Shown: in pieces, positions 11,357 to 21,801 of the stretch
Layout of the letters: each line of letters starts with the position of its first letter
Position numbering within the stretch: the stretch's first letter is position 1
Translations under genes and position numbers: made by a program
The notes under the pieces: model-generated
Database searches by the model: none
Seen by the model: only the letters and a program-made list of their open reading frames with translations
Told to the model about the DNA's origin: nothing
Source: Paramoeba atlantica
Taxonomy: Eukaryota > Protista > Discosea
Reading direction: 5' to 3'
Length of the DNA: 64,000 bases
NCBI GenBank assembly: GCA_977017575.1
Contig: CDRNVI010000049.1
Location: 434,001-498,000, forward strand

Positions 11357-12742
11357 CTACATCGGTCGCAACGACGTCATCGTGTCCACCCAGCTCACAC
11401 TGAGCAGGGCGTCATGCAGCACGGAGCCATTCCGGGTGCGACACGCCCTCTCCGCCCCCTCCCCCTCCCGGAAGTACAGGAACACGTCCTGGTTGCGTCG
11501 CTCCATGTCCAGCACCTCCCCGCACTCCGCAAAGTGATTCCGGAGCTGTTCCGCGGTGGTGCGAAACGGGACATGGCTGACGAGCACCAGGTAGGCCGTG
11601 ACCGGCACCAGTGGGCGTCCATCGGGGGTGTACCCGTAGTAGCCCAGGGGAGGGGGTGCGAAAGGAGCCGGAGGAGCAGAGGCGTGGAAAGGAGTGGAGA
11701 CGTTTCGGGGATAAGGCGGACGAGCTCGCCCCGCTCCCCGATACCCGCCCCCACCTCGGCCTCCTGCTCGACCCCCACGTGACCCCGAACCCCGGGGTAG
11801 GTCGTTCGCTCTTGTCGTGTGGTCGAGTGGTGCCTCAGACCTGTAGGTGTGGATGGATCCCACCAGGGGGGAGGGGGGAGGGGAGGAGGGGGGAGGGGAG
11901 GAGGGGGCTGATGGGGTGACGTGAGAAGAAGAAGAAAGAAAAGGCAGAGGGAGGAGAGTACGGAGTGTGTCGCGACAGGAAGATAGAAGGGAGAAAAGAC
12001 CCCCGGGACGTTGTGGGGGTGTGGGGGTTGGAGTGGTGGGGATGAGGTTTGGTGGGGTGGTGGTGTCCACATGGGGCGTAGGCTCGCTGGTGGTTTCTGC
12101 AATTTCTCGGGTTTCGGTTTCCGTGTGTGTATCTTCCTCGGTGACGGATTTTGTGATATTTTCCTTGCTACTTGACAAAGAAATTTCGGATAATTTCTCC
12201 TCCATTTTCCTTTCTTCGGCTGTATTTTGGAACTCTCCGCCCGCTGCGACATTCGGTTGAGCGTCCGCCCCCACTTTCTCCTCCTTATCACTTTCTGTCG
12301 TCATGGCCTCATCTTTTTTCTCCGCCGCACTCTTCTCAGCACCGCCGCACCTTTCCTGTACTCCATATTCCTCCTCACTCCTTGCCGGGGAGGGAGACGC
12401 AACCCTTTCCAATGTCTTATTTTCCTTTGTGATATCTTCCTTTCCCGCTTTTTCTTCCCTTTCTTTCTCTTCCATCTCTTCACCCTCCTCGCCCTCACGG
12501 TAGCTCGTAAACGCACAAGTATGAGTTATGTTAAGCATTGCGGGACGACCCGGAGGCTTGTCTCGGGGCAGTTTCTTTTTTCGTCTAGAGGGGAGGTTTA
12601 CAGGGCTTCGGTTCGCCGGGGATCTCTCCTGTGATTCCGACAGTTCAAACCAAGAGGGCTCGGAAGGTTCACGGAGTAAGGGGGTGCGGACCTCGGCGTC
12701 GGTCCGGGAAGGGGTCTCGGAGGGAGATAAGGTGTGGGTCAT
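11357..12742 (-). CDS. RRM RNA-binding protein with RGG-like segment and long disordered N-terminus
   Basis: C-terminal RRM (VLVSHVPFRTTAEQLRNHFAECGEV...VFLYF...GSVLHDALLSV) preceded by GSRGGRAGGRGGGGYRG. Confidence 0.78.
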   Translation of the reverse strand: MTHTLSPSETPSRTDAEVRTPLLREPSEPSWFELSESQERSPANRSPVNLPSRRKKKLPRDKPPGRPAMLNITHTCAFTSYREGEEGEEMEEKEREEKAGKEDITKENKTLERVASPSPARSEEEYGVQERCGGAEKSAAEKKDEAMTTESDKEEKVGADAQPNVAAGGEFQNTAEERKMEEKLSEISLSSSKENITKSVTEEDTHTETETREIAETTSEPTPHVDTTTPPNLIPTTPTPTPPQRPGGLFSLLSSCRDTLRTLLPLPFLSSSSHVTPSAPSSPPPSSPPPSPLVGSIHTYRSEAPLDHTTRANDLPRGSGSRGGRAGGRGGGGYRGAGRARPPYPRNVSTPFHASAPPAPFAPPPLGYYGYTPDGRPLVPVTAYLVLVSHVPFRTTAEQLRNHFAECGEVLDMERRNQDVFLYFREGEGAERACRTRNGSVLHDALLSVSWVDTMTSLRPM

Positions 12743-13099
12743 GGGAAAATCACGCAGAAGAGGTGGTTGCTACACAGAGGACGGAATGCGGTGGTAGTGG
12801 ACTCAGACTTGTGAATATGGCGAAAAGGCGTAAGAAGTGTAGAAAAGTAGCTAAAAAAAGTGATGTGGGTTGTAGGTTACGTGGTCATTGGACCAGAATA
12901 TTAAATTTTATGTAGTATTTTCAGACAAAACAAAGGATGTCTTATTTTTAGATTAGCAGTGAGGAATGCAACATTGGTATGAAAATAATTGTGGAAGATT
13001 ATGTTTCATTGAATTTGGAATACAAACAGTTCAAACTTATTTACTTCAATATGTTCTTTAATGATATTTCTAGCTCCATACTTCCAGCTTTGATCGCAC

Positions 13100-13416
13100 T
13101 TAGTCAAAGAGTCCCAGCCCCATGTCTTCGTCTTCCTCTTCCACGACTTCCTCTTTTTTCGCCTCGGCTGGGGCAGAGGTCCCAGAGGCAGCGGGAGCAC
13201 TGCTGGGAGCAGCCGCACCGGTCCCCAGCGTCTGCAACTTTGCACTCCCCTCCTCGATCAACTGCGCAATATCATTAGATCCTACCTCGTTAAACAAGTG
13301 CTCAATGCGGTCAGAATCTGGCTCCACCCCTGCGGCACGTAAAATATCGGTTACGGTATCCTTAGTGGGTTTTTCTTCCCGAGAGAGGCAAGAGCGTATG
13401 CAGCTAGGTATTTCAT
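13100..13416 (-). CDS. RPLP2: 60S acidic ribosomal protein P2 (apparent 1-nt frameshift in an A-run near 13370)
   Basis: ATG at 13416 gives MKYLAAYALASLGKK. The other frame continues PTKDTVTDILRAAGVE...EEEDEDMGLGLFD, the P-protein C-terminus. One extra A joins them. Confidence 0.9.
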
Positions 13417-13562
13417 AGAAAGGGATAGTGAGAAGTGGGTTGTGTAAAAAAACGAAAAGTTGAAACTTTTTGAATAAATATATGAAAGTATTTGTACGGC
13501 ACATCTGTCTACAAAGATGATCAATTTCCCATTTCATTAAAGAGTTGAAAATGCCGTTCAAG

Positions 13563-13882
13563 TTACGACAAGAATTCGCTCAAATTATGTTGTTTTACGA
13601 ATTCATGCAAACTAATAAGCTTTATTCTAACGCCATCCATGATAGTACCCAAATCCCTACGCAGAGATACGGCACGACTGCGTAACGTGCATACCTCATA
13701 GAGGTCACAGTCCTCTCGTGGAAAACCGGCTCCATCTGTGAGCGAACCTTGCCGACCCGGTGCGGTAGCATCCAGCGTTATTTGAATCTCCTGAAGCTCA
13801 GCTTCCATAACGGACCGCTTTTCCGGATTTCCAATAATTCAGAGCGCATGGACAAGGCTTGGTTCAATATTTGATCGTCCAT
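13563..13882 (-). CDS. Nas2/PSMD9 N-terminal-domain protein, no PDZ domain (apparent 1-nt frameshift near 13820)
   Basis: LTDGAGFPREDCDLYEV...R...LRRD...M...L..LH resembles Nas2_N. The upstream frame MDDQILNQALSMRSELLEIRK joins to RSVMEAEL if one A is added to an A4 run. Confidence 0.68.
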
Positions 13883-14496
13883 CTTAGCGTGGGAATACGG
13901 CTAAGTTTTCGGTGCGCTCTTCAGTAAATTTAGATCGTAACAAATAGTAATACTTCCTATAGAGAGAAATAGAAACGTAGCTCTTTCCAGTTCAATATCC
14001 AATACGTGGACATTGAGTAGTATAACAGTGGCCAAAAACAAAACAAAATGTAGTTTTGTACGACTTTTTATGTACATTTGTATTATCGGATCATACGCAA
14101 GTGGTGTGCCCTATGGTTCTTAACTAGAAATCGGCAAATACAGCAGAATTCTGTGCACAGTATAATGAACTACACTCTAAACTGTACGCACTCTAAACGT
14201 TATGCGACGCAAGTTTCATCAAAAACGAAGCCTTTACTCCACATAAATGATTAGCTTCGATAACTAACCTTCGAAAATTCACTGTACGTTCTACACTCTT
14301 TACTTCATCTCACCATATGCCTTGTATGCAGAACATGTGAAAAAAACATCTCTAGTGAAAGCAAGCAAAACGTTTCCGCTTCTTTTGACCCGTTTTCTAC
14401 CCTTTCCTCTACCTTCCTTTGCAAATTTGCCTTTATCTGCGAACCCCATTCCCACCCCCTTCCCCCATTTCCCCTACGCAAACACCCTCCCCAGCG

Positions 14497-15606
14497 TCAC
14501 CGCCACCACCGCCATCCCCACCACCCCCACCCCCAGGAGCCACAACTCCTCCTCCCCCCCACTCCCCTCCCCCTCCCCGACGCCCCCCCCGCCCCCCCCG
14601 CACCCCTCCATGTCCATCTCCTCCTCCTCCTCCAGGTAGGCGTAGGAGTTGTGGCGGAAGGAGGGGGAGGGGGGAGGGGGGAGGGAGGGGAGGGAGTGAA
14701 GTGGGGGGAGAGCAGAGGGGGAGGGGACCCCGAGGGGGGGGATGACCTCACGTGTGCTGGGGGGGTCGGGGTGTCGGGGGGGGAGGGGGTGGGGGGGTTG
14801 TGGGAGTAGAGGGGGGTGGGGGAAGAGGAGGAGGAGGAGGAGGAGGGGAAGGGGGTAGTCCTGGAGGAACGGATGGTGTTAGAGGGGTGGGAGGAGGAGG
14901 AGGAAGAGGAAGAGGAAGGTGGGTGTGTGAAGATAGGAGGAGAAGGAGGAGGGGGAGGGGGGGTACGGTGTAGTGGGGGTGTAGGATGAGGACGGGAGGT
15001 GGGGGTGCTGGGAGTGGGAGTGGGCGTAGGGGGTTTAGGGGGTGAGGGATTTGTAGGGGGTGAAGGGTTTTGGGTGGGTGGAGGAGTTGGAGTGGGGAAG
15101 GGATTTGCCGTGGATAAACGTCGTGCGGGCTGTAAAGGCTCTTTAGTGGGCAAAGGATGTGTCGTGGGTGAATGCGTTTCAAGGGGTAACGGATTTTTCG
15201 TTGGCGAAGGATGTTTTGTGGGTGAAGGAGTTTCAGATGGTACACGATGGGTGCACGTGGGTAGATAGCTTCCAGTGGGCAGGTGGTCTCCACGCTCAGT
15301 GGAGAAATGACGTTCAGATGATAAAGGATTTTCAGTGGGTACATGTGAAGCGTCTAATGGCTGTACTTCATCACTTTTCAAAGTATCCGAAATTGGGAAC
15401 GATGAGCTTGGCTTCGAGCTCGGTGTTGTTTCTACTTTTGCAATCCCGCGAGGTGTCGTTCGATTCGTTTCGGCTATTGCTTGATTCTCTGAAGTTTCTG
15501 TGCCATGGGGGTGTTCTTTGCGGCTAACGTCACTTTGAGAAACGCTTGGATCGAGGCGGCGTCTCCATTTTCCGGGTGACTTCCCCGACCTCTGATTTTC
15601 TCTCAT
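14497..15606 (-). CDS. Hypothetical Pro/Ser/Thr-rich low-complexity protein
   Basis: 369-aa ORF on the host strand with degenerate 12-aa repeats (PTKHPSPTKNPL, PTQNPSPPTNPS). Several overlapping frames are open, so the C-terminal frame is uncertain. Confidence 0.4.
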   Translation of the reverse strand: MRENQRSGKSPGKWRRRLDPSVSQSDVSRKEHPHGTETSENQAIAETNRTTPRGIAKVETTPSSKPSSSFPISDTLKSDEVQPLDASHVPTENPLSSERHFSTERGDHLPTGSYLPTCTHRVPSETPSPTKHPSPTKNPLPLETHSPTTHPLPTKEPLQPARRLSTANPFPTPTPPPTQNPSPPTNPSPPKPPTPTPTPSTPTSRPHPTPPLHRTPPPPPPSPPIFTHPPSSSSSSSSSHPSNTIRSSRTTPFPSSSSSSSSPTPLYSHNPPTPSPPDTPTPPAHVRSSPPSGSPPPLLSPHFTPSPPSPLPPPPPSATTPTPTWRRRRRWTWRGAGGAGGASGRGRGVGGRRSCGSWGWGWWGWRWWR

Positions 15607-16137
15607 GATAATTTAAATCGGTATTGAGTAAAGCAAATTAAACTTTTGTTTGTGAACCAGCATGGCAAAAATAATGTGACCCTCATATTTATTTGTCACC
15701 ACTTTTCGAGAAAAGGACATTCAAGTAGCGGGGTTAGGCTATATTACACATGGGCTATAATATAGCCTATATTATGCATGGGCTGTAGAAGTCCCTGGTA
15801 GTCTGAAGCCAATAGTACTTCACTACGATCTCTATCTTTAAAAAAATGCACTACTCGTTGGTTAATACGGAATAAAAAGATAGTGAGCAAAAAATTATGG
15901 TCTGAATGAAGGCAAGAAAAATGTAATAAAGGAAACATTATGCGCAAGATTTACTGCAAAACGAACATAACGTGCAAGATTTACATTATGAAAGTGACAT
16001 CATAATACGTGCATTTATCGGACGAAAATTATGACATAAACGTTTTAAAAAAAGCTTTTAAAAGCTTTTTTAAAAATGCAGTGGCTTTGACATAAAAACA
16101 ATGGTTGTCTGTCTTGGGATCCCCTAGCGCTAGTGAG

Positions 16138-18120
16138 TCAATAGCTACCAAGACGTTGTGTTCTCCTGTTATACGAATAACTGTCTTTCTTCTTGAATTG
16201 GGCATTCCTGATCGGGTTTTGTGAAATGTACGGCCGTTTGCGCCAGCCATGTTTGAAATTAGTGAAATCACTGCGCGAGTCGTTTGCTTTCGCTTGGGGA
16301 GAATCCCTTTGCACGTCATTGGGTTGAGTCTTGGAATCCCCTGATAATTTTTCGTATTGATTGTCTTGGATTTCCATGCGATTCTGGGAACTTTTACTCG
16401 ACTCTACAGGCTGAGAGTCTTCAGAGGAAGAAACAGATGGTAAAATTCGAACTGGTTTCAGTAGATCTGGCGATAAAGTCAGTGCAGGAGAATCTATTTT
16501 TCTATGATTTGAGAGCCTACGTTTGGACGAATAAGAAGTGGAGGTACGAAATTGGTTATATTTCAAGCCTTGTTCTTTCCTCTCAGGACCCATTGCAGGA
16601 GAGCTAGACAGAACACGGACTGAAGCATCTGACCGGGACGTATGGGGCGCAGAACATGGTTGACAAGATCTACGATCTGAATCGAATACCGCTGTAGACG
16701 TAACTCGGGATAAAACTTCACTACCACTATGCGTTAAAACTTTATTTTTGTTAAAATTGATGCTGCCTCTGATCTCTGTTTCCTCTTTCGCAAGCTTCGA
16801 ATGCGATGATGCACGTGCAAATGCGGAGCTTGTATTTTCTGGGTAATTCTCACTTTGTGATATCTTACCAGTTTTAATTTTTAGGTCAGCGAATAAGGCA
16901 GAGTTTGGGGAGATTGCAACTGAAATTTTAGATACGGGCTTCAATTTCGCATCGTTCGTTTTTTCCGTGATTGAAGGAACAGCGTTAGTTTTCTGCACGT
17001 CACAAGCACGCAGCAAGGGTTTCTTCGCGCCATCCTGGCCCAAAGTAATCTTGGGGAGTTCTGGTGCTGAACTTTCACTACATGATTTCATCGCAGTCTT
17101 GTCTGAAGAACATTTTTCAGGCAATCTGTTTGATATCTCAGACTCCGTCTTCACACTTTCTTTTAAAGTCATCCTAGTCGAATTAGGCGCAGCACTTTCT
17201 TGAACAGAATAATTTTTGTTGTGAGAAGCATCTTCATCTCGATTTTTCCCTTTTTCTGTCTTCCAGGAACAACGTGAAGGCTCCACACACTCAGTTCTGT
17301 TTTGTAAAATGGGTGAAGGAATAGATGCTTCATCGTCCTGGCGCGACAACGTCTCAATCTTCGCAGAAGTATCGCTACATACTGGTGTAATGTCTTTTGA
17401 TACTATACTATTTTGGAATCGGGTAGCACGTGCTTCAGAATGCTTCAATACCGTTGTTTCCAGGTAGATCGTTGCTTTTTTGAGGTTCGGTTGATGATCC
17501 TGAGGACCGTTTGACTTCACAAATGAACCGGTGCATGTGTAATCCGTTGCACACACTTCTTGTGGCTCCACTACTGCAGCATCCGACGATTTATTATTCA
17601 AGTTCGAAGATTTGCGCCTAAATTCGTTCCGATTTCCACAAGGTACTCTCAGTTTATTTTCAATTATTTGGACTAGAATTGCAAAACACTTCTTTAAGTT
17701 TGTATCAAATCTAGTAATGAATGCTAACGTAAGAATAAAAGAATACCGCGTTATTCGCTGTACTAAATTCCAAATAAGAAAGGACGAAATTTTCTTTCGA
17801 TAAACTTTGCCTTTCTTGGACCTACAGCACACGTTAACCTGCTTTCGCGGTGCGCTGGAATCATGATCTCGATGATCTTGGGAAGCTATTCGGTGTCTAC
17901 TCCTTCTCGCTGAAATCAACATCGCATCATTGTACATATCTAACTCATTTGTTAAAGTGTCTACCTGAGTTTTTCGCCCCGAGCCTTTTGAGACAGTTGT
18001 TTTCCAAGATGGTAGACTACGGGAAGAAGACGAAGTGCTAAATTGCTGCAGTTTGGGAGAAGTGATGCGGCGTTGGAGATGTCCGCGGTATGCCGCACGA
18101 GCTTGCAATCTAGTGAGCAT
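16138..18120 (-). CDS. Hypothetical Ser/Lys-rich protein (660 aa) with Arg-rich targeting-like N-terminus
   Basis: Long ORF on the host strand; no recognisable domain. Confidence 0.55.
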   Translation of the reverse strand: MLTRLQARAAYRGHLQRRITSPKLQQFSTSSSSRSLPSWKTTVSKGSGRKTQVDTLTNELDMYNDAMLISARRSRHRIASQDHRDHDSSAPRKQVNVCCRSKKGKVYRKKISSFLIWNLVQRITRYSFILTLAFITRFDTNLKKCFAILVQIIENKLRVPCGNRNEFRRKSSNLNNKSSDAAVVEPQEVCATDYTCTGSFVKSNGPQDHQPNLKKATIYLETTVLKHSEARATRFQNSIVSKDITPVCSDTSAKIETLSRQDDEASIPSPILQNRTECVEPSRCSWKTEKGKNRDEDASHNKNYSVQESAAPNSTRMTLKESVKTESEISNRLPEKCSSDKTAMKSCSESSAPELPKITLGQDGAKKPLLRACDVQKTNAVPSITEKTNDAKLKPVSKISVAISPNSALFADLKIKTGKISQSENYPENTSSAFARASSHSKLAKEETEIRGSINFNKNKVLTHSGSEVLSRVTSTAVFDSDRRSCQPCSAPHTSRSDASVRVLSSSPAMGPERKEQGLKYNQFRTSTSYSSKRRLSNHRKIDSPALTLSPDLLKPVRILPSVSSSEDSQPVESSKSSQNRMEIQDNQYEKLSGDSKTQPNDVQRDSPQAKANDSRSDFTNFKHGWRKRPYISQNPIRNAQFKKKDSYSYNRRTQRLGSY

Positions 18121-18833
18121 TGGTGGGTTTTCCGCGGCTGTAATAAGACTTACGAGTCACAGCATTGGCCAAAATCGGGACTCTGTTCCGACACATGTTG
18201 TGTTTATATTTATGAAGTGTATTGTCATTGCACATTGTATTTGTGCATGTAGAGCGGTTATCCTTTTATACAAAACCGTCAAAAAGTAGTAGAACGAAAA
18301 TTAAAAGGAATCATACACCAAAATTTGATTTCTGTCACTGTATGCACCAAAATTTGATTTCTGGCGCAAAATTCTACTAAGGAACACGGTTTGATGCGTT
18401 GAATAGCTGCGTTTTTTGGAGAATAGAGTTTAGAGAATAGAGTTTTTTGGAATAGAGTCAATCTCCATACTGTACTAAAGTGTAGAATTTTCATCCCAAG
18501 CATAGTGGGTGCACTACGATTTCGACGAGAGAGTGTCGCACCAGCTTTGTATTCATGAGACCGTACAGTGCGAGTGCGTACATCAACAGCCACCCTTTTT
18601 GTATCTCACTCATTTCGGTGGATTCAAGAAGATGAACACCAGAATTGACGATTCCCACCATAATTGGATGAATACCAAAATATTAGCGGTGAGTAAGATG
18701 GGTGACAAAGGGATCGGAATACTTCCTATTTGTGTAAATGATGTGTTTCGTTACTTCACTAAGAAGTGGAGTTTTTATACGAGCGTAAAATGCAGATATG
18801 GACATTACCTAACCGCACTAAATCAGAAATTCT

Positions 18834-19226
18834 TCAACCTTCCCCTTGCAGCAATTTTCTTACCTGGGCCTCGTCTCTGATTTGGTATAATGACGCTATA
18901 ATCTCGTCTTGCTTGGTTTGGTACCATCTATCCGGGATTTCGATCTGTCCTTTTGCTCGGTTTGGTCGAAGTAACCCATAGAGCTCACGGGTGTCCTCCC
19001 TAAGCTGCGGGATTGTTCTATCCACCGCAAAACTGCGCATAGGCAAGGAACAGAAATAGAGCACCGAGCCAAAGGTAACACCAATCAGAATGTTCACCCT
19101 CATAGATCTCTGTTCAAGATAAATATCTAAGGAAGCTTTCCGATGGGCGTATCTCTGGTGATACCGTATGAGTGGATTTAGAACGTATTTTGCCAAAAAA
19201 GTCGCCCATCGAACACGAGGCATCAC
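18834..19226 (-). CDS. Hypothetical small single-pass membrane protein
   Basis: 130-aa ORF on the host strand with one hydrophobic segment (ILIGVTFGSVLYFCSLP). Confidence 0.5.
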   Translation of the reverse strand: MMPRVRWATFLAKYVLNPLIRYHQRYAHRKASLDIYLEQRSMRVNILIGVTFGSVLYFCSLPMRSFAVDRTIPQLREDTRELYGLLRPNRAKGQIEIPDRWYQTKQDEIIASLYQIRDEAQVRKLLQGEG

Positions 19227-19255
19227 GTAATAGCAAATAATTCAGTAAAAAGACT

Positions 19256-19381
19256 TCTCTTACCCTTGAATTTATTCTCATATAGTAAATACAATTGCCA
19301 AGGGAGGTGGGGAAAAAGCCTTCTCTTACCCTTGAATTTATTCTCATACAGTAAATACAATTGCTAAGGGAGGTGGGGAAA
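19256..19381. repeat. Tandem duplication of a ~68-bp unit
   Basis: tctcttacccttgaatttattctcata...caattgc(c/t)aagggaggtggggaaa occurs twice in succession. Confidence 0.85.
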
Positions 19382-19645
19382 GGATTGGCTAGGGGGACCT
19401 TTGATGAGGCTTCATCGAAAGTGTTTTTGACCGCTTTTTGACTTTTTTTTGTTTTGTTTTTGAATGAATTCTTTCTTGGGGCGTTAAAAACGCGTTAGAT
19501 GTAACATATTTTCATTCTGAATTGATTTATTTTTTTCTCTGAATTCTGACTTTCTGCTTTCTCACTCTCATTCTTCCTTAAAAAGGAAGCTTAAATTTTT
19601 ATCTGTATACTTACTACAAAAAAAGCAAATATAAAATAAGGTATA

Positions 19646-20259
19646 CAGGGGGGATAACCAATATCGGGACACCTCCCATTTTTGGGCCATGGGTCCGTTT
19701 CACCTGATTTCTGTTGCAAAAGAGAGATCTCGACGCGAATATGATCGGAACGACATTTTGCGCCTATTTAAACATACTTGTAAAAAATAGTATAAAAAAA
19801 ATAAAAAACATCTTCAAAAAATATGCAAATTTATGTAAAAATTGTGCCAATCCCGTTAATATTGTCCACTAAAGGATACAATTCTCTTTTATTGCACCGG
19901 GTCATGGGCAAGCCCGTCGTGCGGGATTGCAAGCAGGCCCAAACATTATTGATTGGCCCTCACTATTGATTGGCCTTAAGTCACCTGACTTAAACTTGAT
20001 AGAAAACTTGTGGTCAATCATGGATGACTACATTCATAGTTCTTTGCGTCCGAAAAATACGCATGACTTGCGAGAGGCCATACCCAAGGCTATTGAATAT
20101 CTCCTAACCGAAAAGCGGGATATCCTAGAGAAGACTCTGAAGAGCCTCCCAAAACGGTTAGAAGAGTTACGAAAGTGTAAAGGGGGTTATTTCATACTAA
20201 ATAACTTTTTCAATGCTTTTTAATCCACATTTTAAGACATTTTATTCCACATTTTCAAA
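19646..20259 (+). mobile_element. Truncated Tc1/IS630-like element (same family as 57536..58924)
   Basis: TA followed by a CAGGGG TIR nearly identical to that at 57536. Transposase C-terminal remnant KSPDLNLIENLWSIM at 19927..20223. Right end lost. Confidence 0.8.
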
Positions 20260-20439
20260 TGTCCCCCCCCGTTTAAGCGCACCTCGTTTTCCGCGAAAAG
20301 TGCGCTTAAACGGGGAGGTCTGAATCACTCCGTAAAAAAACATTTGGCGCCGCTTCGCGGCGCCGGGATCTTTCCTTCAACTCTATGTGCGCTTAAACGG
20401 GGGGGTCTGATCGGGTGCGCTTAAGGAGAGGGGGGACAG
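20260..20439. mobile_element. MITE (second copy at 53334..53509)
   Basis: ~180 bp with (C)TGTCCCCCC...GGGGGACAG-TA ends and internal GCGCTTAAACGGGG repeats; highly similar to 53334..53509. Confidence 0.8.
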
Positions 20440-20491
20440 TAATAATAAAGTAATGTTATTTATGAATAATTACTCCCTATAAGATACCCGT

Positions 20492-21386
20492 TTGCCGCCA
20501 TTGAAACGTGGCGACCGAAATGATCTGGACGTTGCCACGCTGTATGGCGATGCCAAAGGCCATTATAGCATTCGTTCCTGGGAAATCTCATACAGTATCC
20601 AGATTTTCAACCACCGAGAGTCTGGCTCTCGAAATGCCTGCAGAATTAAGAAAGGCAAGTTCGAGCCGTACATATCGATGCGCAGCCATCTGACTCCCAG
20701 CATTCTGCTACCTATCTGAACCGACATCGCGAATCAGACGTGCACCGGCCAGATTTGCCACAATAGATGGGTGGGTCGCAGAACTGTGCAGGAGGCGGAC
20801 GCAGCCCTTGCTCAAGTGCAGATGGAACACTATGAATTTTACCGAATTCAGGTTGATGAAACCTTTATTATAACGGACCTATAAATTATAGTAAAATGTA
20901 AATATCAGCGGGAGAGGCGACAGCGCAAACTGGGGCGGTGGTTTGTGACAGTGACCGAGATCCGAGGTCAAGAAATGGGAAGAAACCATTGGAAGCTAGT
21001 GAACCGAAGAGATTCGGAAACTCTTCACAACTTTATTCTTCCGCACTTGACAAGTGCGAGGTCCGTGGTCAGGGACTGTTGGGGGGCGTACACTACTCTG
21101 GGTGAATCACAGAGTGGAGTTTGTGAACTCCCAAGGGTACCACACGAACACCGCTGAAGAGTCGCATCGCATCATCAAGGACCGGGTACGGAAGCAGCAC
21201 TACAATCTTGGTGCCACGCCCTTGGAATTCATGCGAAACGTGGCCCTTCAACTGGGGGACGTCCACAACGGGCGAGAGACCGCGTGGCAAGTTCGCACGG
21301 CAAACCTTTTCACGTGCTTCCGGGAGTATTACGGAAGTGACGTAGGAAGTGACGTTCGCTGCGCATGGAGCCCGTACCAGCTATGA
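20492..21386 (+). pseudogene. Degraded Merlin (IS1595/IS1016-like) DDE transposase
   Basis: Across frames: FQVDETF, WFVTVTE, RDSETLHNFILPH, VRDCWGAYTTL, VNHRVEFVNSQGYHTNTAE, which match the IS1595-family motif order. Stops and frameshifts present. Confidence 0.75.
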
Positions 21387-21553
21387 AAAAGATATTTTCT
21401 ATACAAAAGAATTTTTTATAAAGGGGGGGCTCGTCTATTGTTGGCAACTTTTTTGCCAAAAATAGCCGATTGCCAACAATAGATGATACAATACCCCCCT
21501 TAACCAACAATAGATGGAACGGCAATAAAATCATCTATTGTTGGCTATCAAGG

Positions 21554-21618
21554 CAACTTTTATCACTCATCTATCAACTACTTTTATCACTCATCTATCA
21601 ACTACTTTTATCACTTAC
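21554..21618. repeat. Short tandem repeat, ~3 copies of acttttatcactcatctatcaact
   Basis: Directly visible tandem copies. Confidence 0.8.
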
Positions 21619-21762
21619 ACTACCGTCGCCCCCCCTCACATACACGAGTATACAATTACCTATCCTCGAAAAAGAGGAAATTTTCGAAAATTTACGAAAA
21701 AAGTGGAAATTTTGACCTTCGCAGATTCCGTATGTATGACGGAGTTTATCCGTCATACATAC

Positions 21763-21801
21763 AACCAACTGTATACAAGATACAGTTTCTGTACCTTGTT
21801 G
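21763..21801 (+). ncRNA. Spliced-leader (mini-exon) sequence, 39 nt
   Basis: AACCAACTGTATACAAGATACAGTTTCTGTACCTTGTTG is exactly 39 nt, has an AAC(C)AAC 5' end, the conserved euglenozoan ACAGTTTCTGTAC core and a TTG end, and is followed by a GT donor. Confidence 0.82.

Noticed and set aside
10102-15344. Many overlapping Pro/Gly-rich ORFs on both strands
   Set aside because: Shadow frames of GC-rich low-complexity sequence; only the minus-strand frames consistent with the gene cluster were kept.
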